In this document: positions 49,875 through 59,487 of the stretch, piece after piece | How positions within the stretch are numbered: the first letter of the stretch is position 1 | Layout: each line of letters opens with the position of its first letter | Position numbers and translations under genes: made by a program | Notes under the pieces: generated by a model | What the model saw: only the letters and a program-made list of their open reading frames with translations | Database searches by the model: none | What the model was told of the DNA's origin: nothing | Source: Bacteriovoracaceae bacterium | GTDB lineage: Bacteria > Bdellovibrionota > Bacteriovoracia > Bacteriovoracales > Bacteriovoracaceae | Direction of reading: 5' to 3' | Length of the DNA stretch: 64,000 nucleotides | NCBI GenBank assembly: GCA_048270185.1 | Contig: JBLWTJ010000001.1 | Location: 416,001 to 480,000, forward strand

Positions 49875-50744
49875 CTAATGGGCAAGCTTATTACCATCAA
49901 TCTGCTTGCCTGTTTTATAGTTACTTGAAAGATCCCCGTCAATTGTAGGAAATGAAATAATAGGAACAATCAGACTCTGTTCGTCTTTTTCTATCTTCAT
50001 ACAAAGAGCGATATAGAAGAAGCTAACACCGCTTCTCTCAAACGCTTTAAAGTAAGCAAAAATTGAATCACCATCTTCATCATTAAATTCATAGAGTTCA
50101 TCGTATGACTCTATTGTTTGCTGAAGATAGTCCATGTAAAGAGTATAATCTTCAAATGGGATATCAAATTCTTTACGATGAGTCATAAGGTCAGCAAGTA
50201 GCTTTGATTTCTTAAGTTCGATTTCTTCAAAATCAGTACTATCAAGAAGAGTCACATCATCCGTTTCACGATGATAGTCTTCAAGAGATTCAACTTCTTC
50301 ACCAACTTGGAAGTTTTGAATGAAATATTCATTACTAGATGCTGTAAGAGATAGAACAAATGAAGGTGTATGGTCAAATACAAAGCACAGAGCGACGACA
50401 TAGACATCCTCTCCGCCATGCTTCTGCTTAGAGATAAAGCTAAATAGCTCTTCTTTTAGCTCATTCTCTAATCGCCATATTTCGTCAGGCTTATGAAGGA
50501 CACGATCAATTGCAGCCGGGTGATCAAGAATTTCTAATGCCGACTCTTCTTCAATATTTAAGTCTTTTCGCTTCTTATCAATCTTGCCTGCAAAATAGTC
50601 AATAAGTGGAGCATAGAATTTTTCAATACAAAGCTCACTACAAAAACATAGATTTGAACCGTCTTCAACAAAGAGTAAATCTTCTATTTTAGAAACGACT
50701 TTCTTACAATTTTTACAATAATAGATGCTATCTGAAACTAACAA
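49875..50744 (-). CDS. Zinc-finger protein with two repeated BECR/PBECR-like domains
   Basis: CKNC..FCSELC; internal repeats LHKPDEIW..YVVALC and IESYDELY..FYIALC. Confidence 0.6.
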   Translation of the reverse strand: MLVSDSIYYCKNCKKVVSKIEDLLFVEDGSNLCFCSELCIEKFYAPLIDYFAGKIDKKRKDLNIEEESALEILDHPAAIDRVLHKPDEIWRLENELKEELFSFISKQKHGGEDVYVVALCFVFDHTPSFVLSLTASSNEYFIQNFQVGEEVESLEDYHRETDDVTLLDSTDFEEIELKKSKLLADLMTHRKEFDIPFEDYTLYMDYLQQTIESYDELYEFNDEDGDSIFAYFKAFERSGVSFFYIALCMKIEKDEQSLIVPIISFPTIDGDLSSNYKTGKQIDGNKLAH

Positions 50745-50755
50745 TGATTATCCTT

Positions 50756-51670
50756 TTATATAGCAATATTAAGGCCAGCAAAGAGAGAGTTCCCATAGAC
50801 AACAGGATAATCCCAAACTTTTAAGCTACCATCAAGACCTTTAGTATCAGGCCTTTGAACCTGGAAACCGGCCCCAAGGTTTAGCCTGACATGATTAGAC
50901 ATTTTTAAAAACATTTGAGGCATTAGATATGAATATTTTACTTCGTTATTTAAAGAATTTGTACTTAAGAATTCACTGGCCCCTATTTTTACCTCTCCAT
51001 AAGTTATAAGAAATTGAATTTCACGAGATACCATAATTCCTAAATCAGCTTTTAAATGCGTTATATCACCGATGGCCATTTCGCTTTCATCTTCAATATT
51101 ATCAGTAAAGACTCTTTCATAACCAAGTCCTATGGCCGCTGCACCAAAACGCTTTTCAGTTGAGACACCAAAGTATCGATCATTTCTAAGTGTAGAGATT
51201 TCACTCTTTCCCTTTAAGCGAGCACCCACATAGAGATCAAAAATAAGCTTGTTGTAATCATTACCAATATCAAGCCAGTTAAAGCCTAGTTTAATATTTG
51301 AATTGGCCTGTTCAAATTCTTTTGTTTCAAGGGATTGAGAGCCTTTCATTCCAAGTTCGACAAAAATGCCGTGAGCAAATTGGGACTTTAAGTTGAAATT
51401 GATAAAGTTGATATTTTCCTCACTGAAATAAGACTTAGCGGCAGTATAACCAAGATAAAAGTCAGTGTGCTCAGGGAGTAGCGACCAATCACCAGTTGAA
51501 GATGAAGTTGCTTTTGCTTGAGCACGCGCCGTAGGCTTAATGCGAGTTGAAGTTGTAGCAGGATTATAACCTGATGAAGAGGAACTAGAAGATCCGCCAG
51601 TATAATCTACTAATGCATATGTATTTAAAGATAGAATTAGTGATAAGAGTGAAAGTTGCAGTGATTTCAT
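50756..51670 (-). CDS. Hypothetical outer-membrane beta-barrel protein
   Basis: Signal peptide, S/T-rich linker, alternating amphipathic strands ending AGLNIAI. Confidence 0.7.
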   Translation of the reverse strand: MKSLQLSLLSLILSLNTYALVDYTGGSSSSSSSGYNPATTSTRIKPTARAQAKATSSSTGDWSLLPEHTDFYLGYTAAKSYFSEENINFINFNLKSQFAHGIFVELGMKGSQSLETKEFEQANSNIKLGFNWLDIGNDYNKLIFDLYVGARLKGKSEISTLRNDRYFGVSTEKRFGAAAIGLGYERVFTDNIEDESEMAIGDITHLKADLGIMVSREIQFLITYGEVKIGASEFLSTNSLNNEVKYSYLMPQMFLKMSNHVRLNLGAGFQVQRPDTKGLDGSLKVWDYPVVYGNSLFAGLNIAI

Positions 51671-51937
51671 CTAACATTCCTTGTTTTAAAATAATTAACA
51701 CCATCATGGTGTAGGTAAATTGTAACTTTATTAAAACTTAATTTCAATATCAGCATATCCTACCGGGGGGCTCGGTTATCAACTGTGAACATGATCAAAA
51801 ACAGTAAAACCAATGACTTGAAAATCTTCTTCGTCAATATTGTCTATTTATGGCCTATGCATCAAGGAAATGTATTCCGACTGCCAAAGAACGCGAAATA
51901 TTTATAAAATAAAAAAGAGAAATTTCAGGAGGAAGAA

Positions 51938-52243
51938 TTGATCGAATTAGGATTTTTAAAACGTTATGATTCAATAAAAAGGTTAATCGACTTTGGTACT
52001 AATGGATATTTTCCATTATTTGAAGATATTTCGATGAATTCTCAATTCGAAGAAATTCGAATGACTAAGGCCCAAAGACTTAAGGCAAAGTCTCTTCTAA
52101 AAAGAATCTCAACTCACAATAATCTCGACAAACAACGTGTTCTTTTTTCTTCTTTTGATGAAATTGATAAGTATATCGTTGCCCGTGCACTCATGGAAAT
52201 GGTGGAAGGAAAGATCTTAGATGCTAATCCGCAACTTCAGTAA
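51938..52243 (+). CDS. Hypothetical protein
   Basis: GGAGG SD before TTG; overlaps the next gene. Confidence 0.65.
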   Translation: MIELGFLKRYDSIKRLIDFGTNGYFPLFEDISMNSQFEEIRMTKAQRLKAKSLLKRISTHNNLDKQRVLFSSFDEIDKYIVARALMEMVEGKILDANPQLQ

Positions 52244-52541
52244 AGTATTTACACTTTCACTATTGGCCTTAAGCCTTAAAGCGGAATACCGTGTGTATCA
52301 GTACATGGTATCATCAAGATTACGTCCACAAGCTCCAACGAGTGTTATCGTTACTTCAACACTCGATCCAAATTCCTATATCATGTACCACGGAGGAAAT
52401 CGCTCAATTCGCGTAAACCTTTTAAATACATGGATGTGCAAAGGTCACACAGGAAATAAGAAGCCTTGTGACTCTCCTATTGCGCAATTATCAAATCAAC
52501 TTAATCCGATGGCCGACCAGGCAGAGGCCCAAAATTTATGA
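52221..52541 (+). CDS. Hypothetical small secreted protein (WMCKGHTG..PC disulfide motif)
   Basis: Signal peptide ..SLKA; ATGA overlap with the next gene. Confidence 0.7.
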   Translation: MLIRNFSKVFTLSLLALSLKAEYRVYQYMVSSRLRPQAPTSVIVTSTLDPNSYIMYHGGNRSIRVNLLNTWMCKGHTGNKKPCDSPIAQLSNQLNPMADQAEAQNL

Positions 52542-53713
52542 GAGTTGAAGATAGTTCACAATTTAGCAAACTTAACTTGAAGCTCAAGAACGAAAGAGAT
52601 CGAGTTATTCAGCAAAAAAAAGTTGAAATTGAAAAAATAAAAGAGAATTATAATCAGCAATCAAAAGACCAAAGAATTATTGGTGCAGAAAAGCTTGATG
52701 CCATTAGAGATCAAAACCAAATGGCAATTCTGGAAACTCTCGATCACAAAGAAGCAAGACTTACAGATATAAAAAAATCACTAGAAGAAACACAGAAACA
52801 ATTCTCTAAACAAGAAAATTTTTCAAAGAATCAATTTGATAATAATATATCTGCTATTCGAGATAATTATCAACAACAGCTTGAGTATGTACATGAGAAA
52901 GCTCGCGAAGAACTCGCCGACACAACTGATATCGTAAACGAACTTGCCCAGAAAATAAAATACGATAATGAGGATCTCATTATCGAAGAAACGGCCAAGG
53001 CCAAAACGATTGCCAATGAAATGGCCGTGAGAAATGATGGCTTCATCTCAAATGTTGATAAGCAATTCAAAAGACAAGTAGCAAGTCTTGAAAAAGAGAA
53101 TAAAGTTCAAGTCAAAGGTCTAGAAAAAGATCAAAGACAAGAAATGTCACGTCTAAAGAGCGAGCATTTTCAAAAACTCTCTCAAAATAATACCTTTAAT
53201 CAAAACGAGCTCAAAGCACAAAAAGCTTTCCACGAAGATACAGTCAAGGGGCGTAAAGATGCCTTTGAAAGTAAATATGCCACTCTTCAAAAAGAACACC
53301 AATCACTTATGGGACGTCTCAAAGCCAAGATTGATGAAGAGCTTAATAGTTTAAAAACATATTACACGAAGGCCCGTGAAACGATTTCAAACAAGGCCGA
53401 AGACCAATTTTACAATATTACAAAAATTGAGCCACAAATTAAACAAGATGAGAAATTCTACTACTTCTCAATTGAAGTACCAAAACATGAAGAGCCAACT
53501 GTTCATATTAATGCACAAGAAAGAAATATTACGGTGACTCAAAATAGACGTTTTGATCAAAGAGTTGAAGAAAATGGCGACGTTTTTAAATCAAAGAGAT
53601 CAGAAAGTCTTATCAAAGAATTCAAAGTTCCCGATATTCTCGACGGGGCAAAAGTCACAAGAAATTACGACGAAGAAAATGCGACTCTTACCTACCGTAT
53701 TGCAAAGAGATAA
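52538..53713 (+). CDS. Long coiled-coil protein with C-terminal Hsp20/alpha-crystallin domain
   Basis: About 290 aa K/E/Q heptads, then YYFSIEVP..VHINAQERNITV..EFKVP..VTRNY..TLTYRIAK. Confidence 0.75.
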   Translation: MRVEDSSQFSKLNLKLKNERDRVIQQKKVEIEKIKENYNQQSKDQRIIGAEKLDAIRDQNQMAILETLDHKEARLTDIKKSLEETQKQFSKQENFSKNQFDNNISAIRDNYQQQLEYVHEKAREELADTTDIVNELAQKIKYDNEDLIIEETAKAKTIANEMAVRNDGFISNVDKQFKRQVASLEKENKVQVKGLEKDQRQEMSRLKSEHFQKLSQNNTFNQNELKAQKAFHEDTVKGRKDAFESKYATLQKEHQSLMGRLKAKIDEELNSLKTYYTKARETISNKAEDQFYNITKIEPQIKQDEKFYYFSIEVPKHEEPTVHINAQERNITVTQNRRFDQRVEENGDVFKSKRSESLIKEFKVPDILDGAKVTRNYDEENATLTYRIAKR

Positions 53714-53715
53714 TA

Positions 53716-54414
53716 CTAGATATCTCTTTGATGAACTTCAACTTTATTAACTCGAATAAGAGTTTTAATTTCCCTCTTAATTTGATTAACCCAACGTGGG
53801 TGAAGTTGAACATTTAAAGTTAATAGCCTTTCATCTGAGACAGCATCAAGTACTTCTTCACTGACAATTTCAATATCTTCAACTCGAGAGTAAAGAATTT
53901 CTTTAACGTGTCCACGAATTCGACCATTTGAAAGTACTTCAATAAAGTAGTGTTGCTTGGCCTTATCAGACTCAAGCATCTTATATACAGGGTTAATAAG
54001 TCTTAAAACGCCAAATAATGACACTGTAATAAGTGAGGCAATTACAGGATAACCGTAACCTACAGTCATACCAATTGCAGCAACAACCCAAACCGTTGCG
54101 GCAGTTGTCATTCCAACAACATTACCACGACCTTGAATAATGGCCCCGGCCCCTAAGAAACCAATACCACTAACAATTTGAGCGGCCATTCGATTGGGGT
54201 CAGCATTTGGATGATGAGTGTCAGTTAATGTTATAATACTAAGAGCTGTATATGTCGCCGCACCAAGGCAAATGAGCATATTGGTCTTAATTCCAGCAGA
54301 CTTCATCTTTTGCTCTCGGTCGTAACCAATAAACCCACCTAGGAGAATTGAACTAACAACCTTAATCCCCATTGAAACATAAACTGGTTGCTCTCCGAGA
54401 AATTCAATATACAT
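53716..54414 (-). CDS. mgtC: MgtC/SapB family membrane protein
   Basis: IGYDRE..SAGIKTNMLICLG, RMAAQIVSGIGFLGAG, GMTTAATVW. Confidence 0.9.
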   Translation of the reverse strand: MYIEFLGEQPVYVSMGIKVVSSILLGGFIGYDREQKMKSAGIKTNMLICLGAATYTALSIITLTDTHHPNADPNRMAAQIVSGIGFLGAGAIIQGRGNVVGMTTAATVWVVAAIGMTVGYGYPVIASLITVSLFGVLRLINPVYKMLESDKAKQHYFIEVLSNGRIRGHVKEILYSRVEDIEIVSEEVLDAVSDERLLTLNVQLHPRWVNQIKREIKTLIRVNKVEVHQRDI

Positions 54415-54469
54415 ATAACCTCTTTGCGAATAAAATTAACTAAAGTCTATTTTAACAAGGAATTATCAC

Positions 54470-55585
54470 TTGAAAAGGGCCAAGGCCGTAAATTTTTTGG
54501 CAATTCAAACAAATAACTACCTCAACCTAAAGGCCGACTTTACGATGAGTGAGAATCTTTATTCGAAAAATAAAGATTTTGAAAAATTTGAAGCCAGATT
54601 TCCAATTCAAGCTTATAAATTGCTTAGGGCCTACGAGTTTGAAATTAAAGTTGTCGTCCTTGATAATGCTAATAATATCCTCTTTAAGAAGAATCTTGAA
54701 ACTGACTCTTACGGTGGCTTACTAGCAAAGATTCCACTGCCAAAAGAAACAAAAGACTATATCGCTAAAATTGAAATCTATGAGATTTCAAAATACCCAG
54801 GCCTTGAACTCCTACTTGGAACATTCATACCTTTAAAGATTACAGATAATCGAAAAGTTATTATCTGTGATTTTGATAAGACTTTAGTTGAAACAAAGTA
54901 TTCAAAGCCAAGTGAGATTTACGACTCCCTAACAAGTCCACTGAAGAATTATCCAACCCTTGATAAATCAGTAGAGCTATTAAAATCATATATAGAACAA
55001 GGCTACCATCCATTTATTCTTTCAGCATCTCCGCATTTTTATGAGGATGCTATTAGAGATTGGCTGTATGCAAATGAAATCTTTACTGCAGGAATATTCT
55101 TAAAAGACTATCGTCGTATTCTGTCAATTTTAGAAAATGATCTAACACCAAAAGATATTAAGACTCAGGGGATTTACAAGCTGGGTCATCTGCTTGATAT
55201 TATCAATATGACAGATATTCCATCCCATATCGTTTTAATGGGAGATAATTTCGAGTCAGATCCACTCATCTATCTTACCTTCTCGGAGCTACTTACAGGA
55301 CGTGTTGAACCACGCCAGCTTTGGACAGAACTTAAAAAAGTTGAAGATTTTAAAGTAACAGCACGTCAGAATGGATTATTCTTAAATAAGATTTTTCAAA
55401 TCAAAGATAATGTTAAACATCACGGCCTAGATAAAGAAATTAAAATTTATATTAGAAAAAAGGCAAGTGAATCAAGCCTGAATGTCCCTAGTCCATTTAA
55501 TAGCTATAGTGGAGATATTGAATTATATGATGGTAACAAGCTACCTCATGCAAAGAGTAATTCAGGGGCCCAAAGTACAATCTGA
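54470..55585 (+). CDS. App1/DUF2183-like HAD phosphatase (phosphatidate phosphatase-like)
   Basis: CDFDKT (DxDxT), LSASP, MGDNFESDPLIY. Confidence 0.8.
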   Translation: MKRAKAVNFLAIQTNNYLNLKADFTMSENLYSKNKDFEKFEARFPIQAYKLLRAYEFEIKVVVLDNANNILFKKNLETDSYGGLLAKIPLPKETKDYIAKIEIYEISKYPGLELLLGTFIPLKITDNRKVIICDFDKTLVETKYSKPSEIYDSLTSPLKNYPTLDKSVELLKSYIEQGYHPFILSASPHFYEDAIRDWLYANEIFTAGIFLKDYRRILSILENDLTPKDIKTQGIYKLGHLLDIINMTDIPSHIVLMGDNFESDPLIYLTFSELLTGRVEPRQLWTELKKVEDFKVTARQNGLFLNKIFQIKDNVKHHGLDKEIKIYIRKKASESSLNVPSPFNSYSGDIELYDGNKLPHAKSNSGAQSTI

Positions 55586-55788
55586 CCAATACAAATATAG
55601 AGACCTACTTTATGAAATCTCTCAGTAAAATCTTGCCCAAGTACTCGCGAGACTTGTTTTGAGATAGGCCAATTAGCAGGAGAAAAACGAGTTAACTCAA
55701 TGGCAACTCTTAGACCAGAAAGGGCCACACATACGGCAATAAAAGTTTGATTGCTAGGATTAACAAGAGAACTTAAAATATTAGACAT
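55546..55788 (-). CDS. Small two-TM membrane protein
   Basis: GGAG SD before ATG 55788; two hydrophobic segments. Confidence 0.65.
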   Translation of the reverse strand: MSNILSSLVNPSNQTFIAVCVALSGLRVAIELTRFSPANWPISKQVSRVLGQDFTERFHKVGLYICIGQIVLWAPELLFA

Positions 55789-57235
55789 GGTAGCTCCATT
55801 AAATCAAAAACAACATAAAGCAAGTCAAACACTTACTATTGATCTCTTCGGAGATTTAAGTGAAGCCATTTACCAATTAGGTACTCTAGATCAAGAAGAT
55901 GTAAATCTTGCCTGGCAAGGACTTGCTAAGAGTTCATTCTTTGGCCCAAGTATTTTAAAAGGCCCATTACACAAGCTTTTCAGTAAGGTATTTGCCAAAC
56001 AAATTGATCGCCAAGCTAAACTTAATCAAAATGGAGTCGATTTCTATCATTCGACATTTTGGTCATTGATTGAAGAATATGCGAGAGCTTTAAAAGTAGA
56101 TTTCAATGAAGCTCTATATTTAAGTTTCATGCATGAATTCTTAAATAATCCGAGTTCAATTTTTGAAGAAATTGATGACTCACATTTAACGGCCAGCAAT
56201 AGTGAACTTTTCATAAACTCTCCAAATCAAGAGTATTTCTATGAAAAACTGCGCTTTATAAATTTTAAAACAAATGAGAATCTCAATTCGACGATTCCGC
56301 AAAGTCTGGGCTGTCCGTTTGCTCCATTTGGAGGATTTAATGAAGCGGGTCTTGGACTTAAACTTGTTCAAAGGCCATCGCTAAAACTAAATTACCAAGG
56401 CTTAAGTGCATCTTATCTTGCGATGGTTGTCCTGTTGGGTATGGATAATATTGATGAAGCTTGCGACTTTCTACTTGATCGTGAGTTAGTTTTTCATTGG
56501 GAATTTCATTTAACAGATAAAAATGGAAATAGTCGTGTCATTGCAATAGACGGCAATGTCGCAAAAGAGATCGAAACAAGAGAGCAAGCACAATTTCATA
56601 CACATAGTGATTTACAAAAACTCTATATAAAGGATCACTCACCTCTTAGTCTTGCAACTATCGAAATTTCAAGTGATCAAATTAATTTATGCCTCTTTGA
56701 TTCTAGTAAAGCTCAGATCAATTATATCGAGTGCACTGACAGCGTGAAAACAAAGTCACTTAAAGTGAATAAGACAACTCAGAGTATTTTTAAGATTAAG
56801 AATTACTTGAATGAGGCCCAAATAGCTTTTAATGAGAATCGCACAGAAGATTGTTACCACAAACTTCAATTGGCCCAAGTCTATACAAGAAAGGCATTTT
56901 CAAAGAATAAAAAATTGAATGCTAAATTAACTCTTACATTTTTGACCTGTCAGTATATCTTTGAAGACCACAAGGAAACTTATCAATTTATTCTAAAAGA
57001 ACTTCTTGAGATTTACTCTGATTTAACTCGATATGATAAGGACTTGACTCTCATTCTTATCCAAAGATTACAGATTCTCATGGATGAACCAAGAAACTTA
57101 ATTGAAGAGCCTTCAATCTTAAAGAGAATCTTCTTTAATGAATCAAGACTTCCAAAGCTTGCTCATATTGCACTAAAGAGAACAACATTACTTAGACCGA
57201 ATCATCTCGATTATTGCCCTATTTCTGGCCTTTAA
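55787..57235 (+). CDS. Ntn-hydrolase (peptidase C45)-like protein, degenerate, with helical C-terminus
   Basis: GGFNEAGLGL, IDEACDFL..WEFHLTDKNG..VIAI; no clear nucleophile Cys; start uncertain. Confidence 0.55.
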   Translation: MVAPLNQKQHKASQTLTIDLFGDLSEAIYQLGTLDQEDVNLAWQGLAKSSFFGPSILKGPLHKLFSKVFAKQIDRQAKLNQNGVDFYHSTFWSLIEEYARALKVDFNEALYLSFMHEFLNNPSSIFEEIDDSHLTASNSELFINSPNQEYFYEKLRFINFKTNENLNSTIPQSLGCPFAPFGGFNEAGLGLKLVQRPSLKLNYQGLSASYLAMVVLLGMDNIDEACDFLLDRELVFHWEFHLTDKNGNSRVIAIDGNVAKEIETREQAQFHTHSDLQKLYIKDHSPLSLATIEISSDQINLCLFDSSKAQINYIECTDSVKTKSLKVNKTTQSIFKIKNYLNEAQIAFNENRTEDCYHKLQLAQVYTRKAFSKNKKLNAKLTLTFLTCQYIFEDHKETYQFILKELLEIYSDLTRYDKDLTLILIQRLQILMDEPRNLIEEPSILKRIFFNESRLPKLAHIALKRTTLLRPNHLDYCPISGL

Positions 57236-57238
57236 GCT

Positions 57239-57550
57239 CTAGAGAATATTTAGGCGTTTAATGGCATCTGCTAATTTCTTCTTGATAGGTTTCTTGATAG
57301 GTTTATTAACGGCCTGCTTTTCTGACTCCACAAGGTATAAGTCGGCTTTTTTGCTCCCAGCCTTTCGGCGCTTTCTAAGCTTTTCAACAAAGCTCATAAT
57401 GAGTGAAAAGCGCTTACTGTCATTATTGGCCTGCTGATAATCATCATGGCCTTCACAGCTAGAATGAGGGCGCTCAACAGGAGTCTGATCGGAGTTAATC
57501 TCCTTTGTCGGATGCGGTAAATTCTCAAGTTTTTTGATATTTAACGCCAT
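57239..57550 (-). CDS. Hypothetical basic protein
   Basis: 103-aa ORF filling the gap, ATG start. Confidence 0.55.
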   Translation of the reverse strand: MALNIKKLENLPHPTKEINSDQTPVERPHSSCEGHDDYQQANNDSKRFSLIMSFVEKLRKRRKAGSKKADLYLVESEKQAVNKPIKKPIKKKLADAIKRLNIL

Positions 57551-57650
57551 GACTTATTATAACCTTGTTCAAATTAAACAAAGTTTAAATATTATAAAAT
57601 CTTCCATCGTTAAATAACTGAAATCATTCAGTTTTTAAAGATAATTATAA

Positions 57651-57682
57651 TTGTCATTAGGTAGACATTAAAAAAATGTCAC
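57651..57682 (+). promoter_or_regulatory. Possible Pho-box upstream of phnD
   Basis: TTGTCAT-N4-TAGACAT 11-bp-period repeat plus out-of-phase ATGTCAC. Confidence 0.4.
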
Positions 57683-57747
57683 ATTCATGCTAAAAGAGCG
57701 TAATTTCAAAATGTTAGATTTTTTTTCGTTTTTAAATAGGAGAACAA

Positions 57748-58665
57748 ATGAAACACACAATCGTTGCGATTATGACTATCGTATTGGCCATTACAACGGG
57801 TATTTCTTGTAAGAGAGATATGAAATTAGGAAGTAAAGATAACCCAGTTAAGCTCTACTTCACACCATCTGTTGATGCAGACACTATCGCTTCGAACTCT
57901 GTTCACTTCATCAAGTTCCTAGAAAAGGAAACAGGTCTTTATTTTAAAACAGGTATTCCAACAAACTATATCTCTGTTGTTGAGTCATTTGGTTCAAAGA
58001 GAGCAGATATTGCAGTTATGAATTCATTTGGTTATCTAATGGCAAATGAAAAATACGGAGCAAGTGCAAAACTAAAAGTTCTTCGTTACGGTCACGACTA
58101 CTACCAAGGACAAATCATTGCTCACGTAGACAGTGGAATCAATTCGATTGCAGACCTTGAAGGAAAGAAATTTGCATACACAGATCCATCATCAACTTCA
58201 GGTTACATGTTTCCATTAAAAATTATGATGGAAAATAACGTAAAGCCAGGAAATACAACTTTTGCAATTAAGCACGATAACGTTGTAACAATGGTTTATC
58301 AAAGACAAGTAGATGCTGGTGCAACTTACTACTCAGCTCCATCTGAAGATGGAACAATTCGTGATGCACGCTCACGTGTTAAGACTCAATTTCCTGATGT
58401 AGAAGAAAAAGTTAAAATCGTAACAATTACAGAAAAAATTCCTAATGACCCATTCGTATTCAGAAAAGATCTACCAAAGGAAGTTACTGATAATTTTATT
58501 ACTGCAGTTAAGAAATATATCGCAACTCCAGAAGGAAAAGAAATTTTCGAAAATATTTACAGTGTTGGTGGACTAGTTGATACAACTGATGCAGATTACG
58601 ATGGACTAAGAAACGTAATTAAAACACTAAATATCAATCTTGAAGAGCAACTTAACAAGAAGTAG
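57748..58665 (+). CDS. phnD: Phosphate/phosphite/phosphonate ABC transporter substrate-binding lipoprotein
   Basis: Lipobox GISC; FAYTDPSSTSGYMFP; IPNDPFVFRKDL. Confidence 0.9.
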   Translation: MKHTIVAIMTIVLAITTGISCKRDMKLGSKDNPVKLYFTPSVDADTIASNSVHFIKFLEKETGLYFKTGIPTNYISVVESFGSKRADIAVMNSFGYLMANEKYGASAKLKVLRYGHDYYQGQIIAHVDSGINSIADLEGKKFAYTDPSSTSGYMFPLKIMMENNVKPGNTTFAIKHDNVVTMVYQRQVDAGATYYSAPSEDGTIRDARSRVKTQFPDVEEKVKIVTITEKIPNDPFVFRKDLPKEVTDNFITAVKKYIATPEGKEIFENIYSVGGLVDTTDADYDGLRNVIKTLNINLEEQLNKK

Positions 58666-58700
58666 ATATAATTTTTTTATTTTAATAAAGTGAGAATGAA

Positions 58701-59462
58701 ATGATTCTAGAAGTTAAAAATGTTAACAAAGTTTATCCAAATGGCTGTCACGCCCTAAACAACGTTAGCTTTGACGTAAAAAAAGGGGAATTCCTTGTCA
58801 TTATTGGTCTTTCAGGTTCTGGAAAATCAACAATGCTAAGATGTATGAACCGTCTTCACGATGTAACAAGTGGAGAAATTCTATTTGAAGGAAAAGACAT
58901 CACAAAATTAAAAGGTTCGGCAATGAGACAAGCTCGTGCAGGAATCGGGATGATCTTCCAACACTTTAACTTAATTCCAAGAAGAACTGTTTTAACAAAT
59001 GTTCTTTCAGGAACTCTTGCAAGAACTGGAGTTCTAAAGTCAGTTCTAGGTATTTATTCAGAAGAAGACAAGAAGAGAGCTCAAGAGTATATCAAGATTG
59101 TTGGTCTTGAAGGGAAAGAAAATGTAAGAGCTGATAACTTATCAGGTGGTCAACAACAACGTGTTGCCATTGCTCGTGCACTTATGCAAAACCCAAAAGT
59201 TCTACTTGCTGATGAGCCAGTTGCATCTCTTGACCCGGCAACATCACACTCAGTTATGCAGTATCTTAAAAAGGTAAATGAAGAACTAGGTGTTACAGTT
59301 ATTTGTAACCTCCACTTCTTATCTCTTGTAAGAGAATACGCTTCTCGCGTTGTTGCTCTTAAAGGTGGAAAGTTAATCTATGAAGGTCAACCTTTAGATA
59401 TTAACGAAGAATGGTTCCAAACAATTTACGGTGAAGATGCCGTTGAAGTGACAATCAACTAA
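58701..59462 (+). CDS. phnC: Phosphonate ABC transporter ATP-binding protein
   Basis: GLSGSGKS, LSGGQQQRVAIARAL, LADEPVASLDP, NLH. Confidence 0.93.
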   Translation: MILEVKNVNKVYPNGCHALNNVSFDVKKGEFLVIIGLSGSGKSTMLRCMNRLHDVTSGEILFEGKDITKLKGSAMRQARAGIGMIFQHFNLIPRRTVLTNVLSGTLARTGVLKSVLGIYSEEDKKRAQEYIKIVGLEGKENVRADNLSGGQQQRVAIARALMQNPKVLLADEPVASLDPATSHSVMQYLKKVNEELGVTVICNLHFLSLVREYASRVVALKGGKLIYEGQPLDINEEWFQTIYGEDAVEVTIN

Positions 59463-59487
59463 GCTATTAGGGAAATAGGATTATATA

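Noticed and set aside
51755..51785. G-run CCGGGGGGCTCGG as a phase-variable tract or structured RNA
   Set aside because: Only six G and a weak stem; insufficient support
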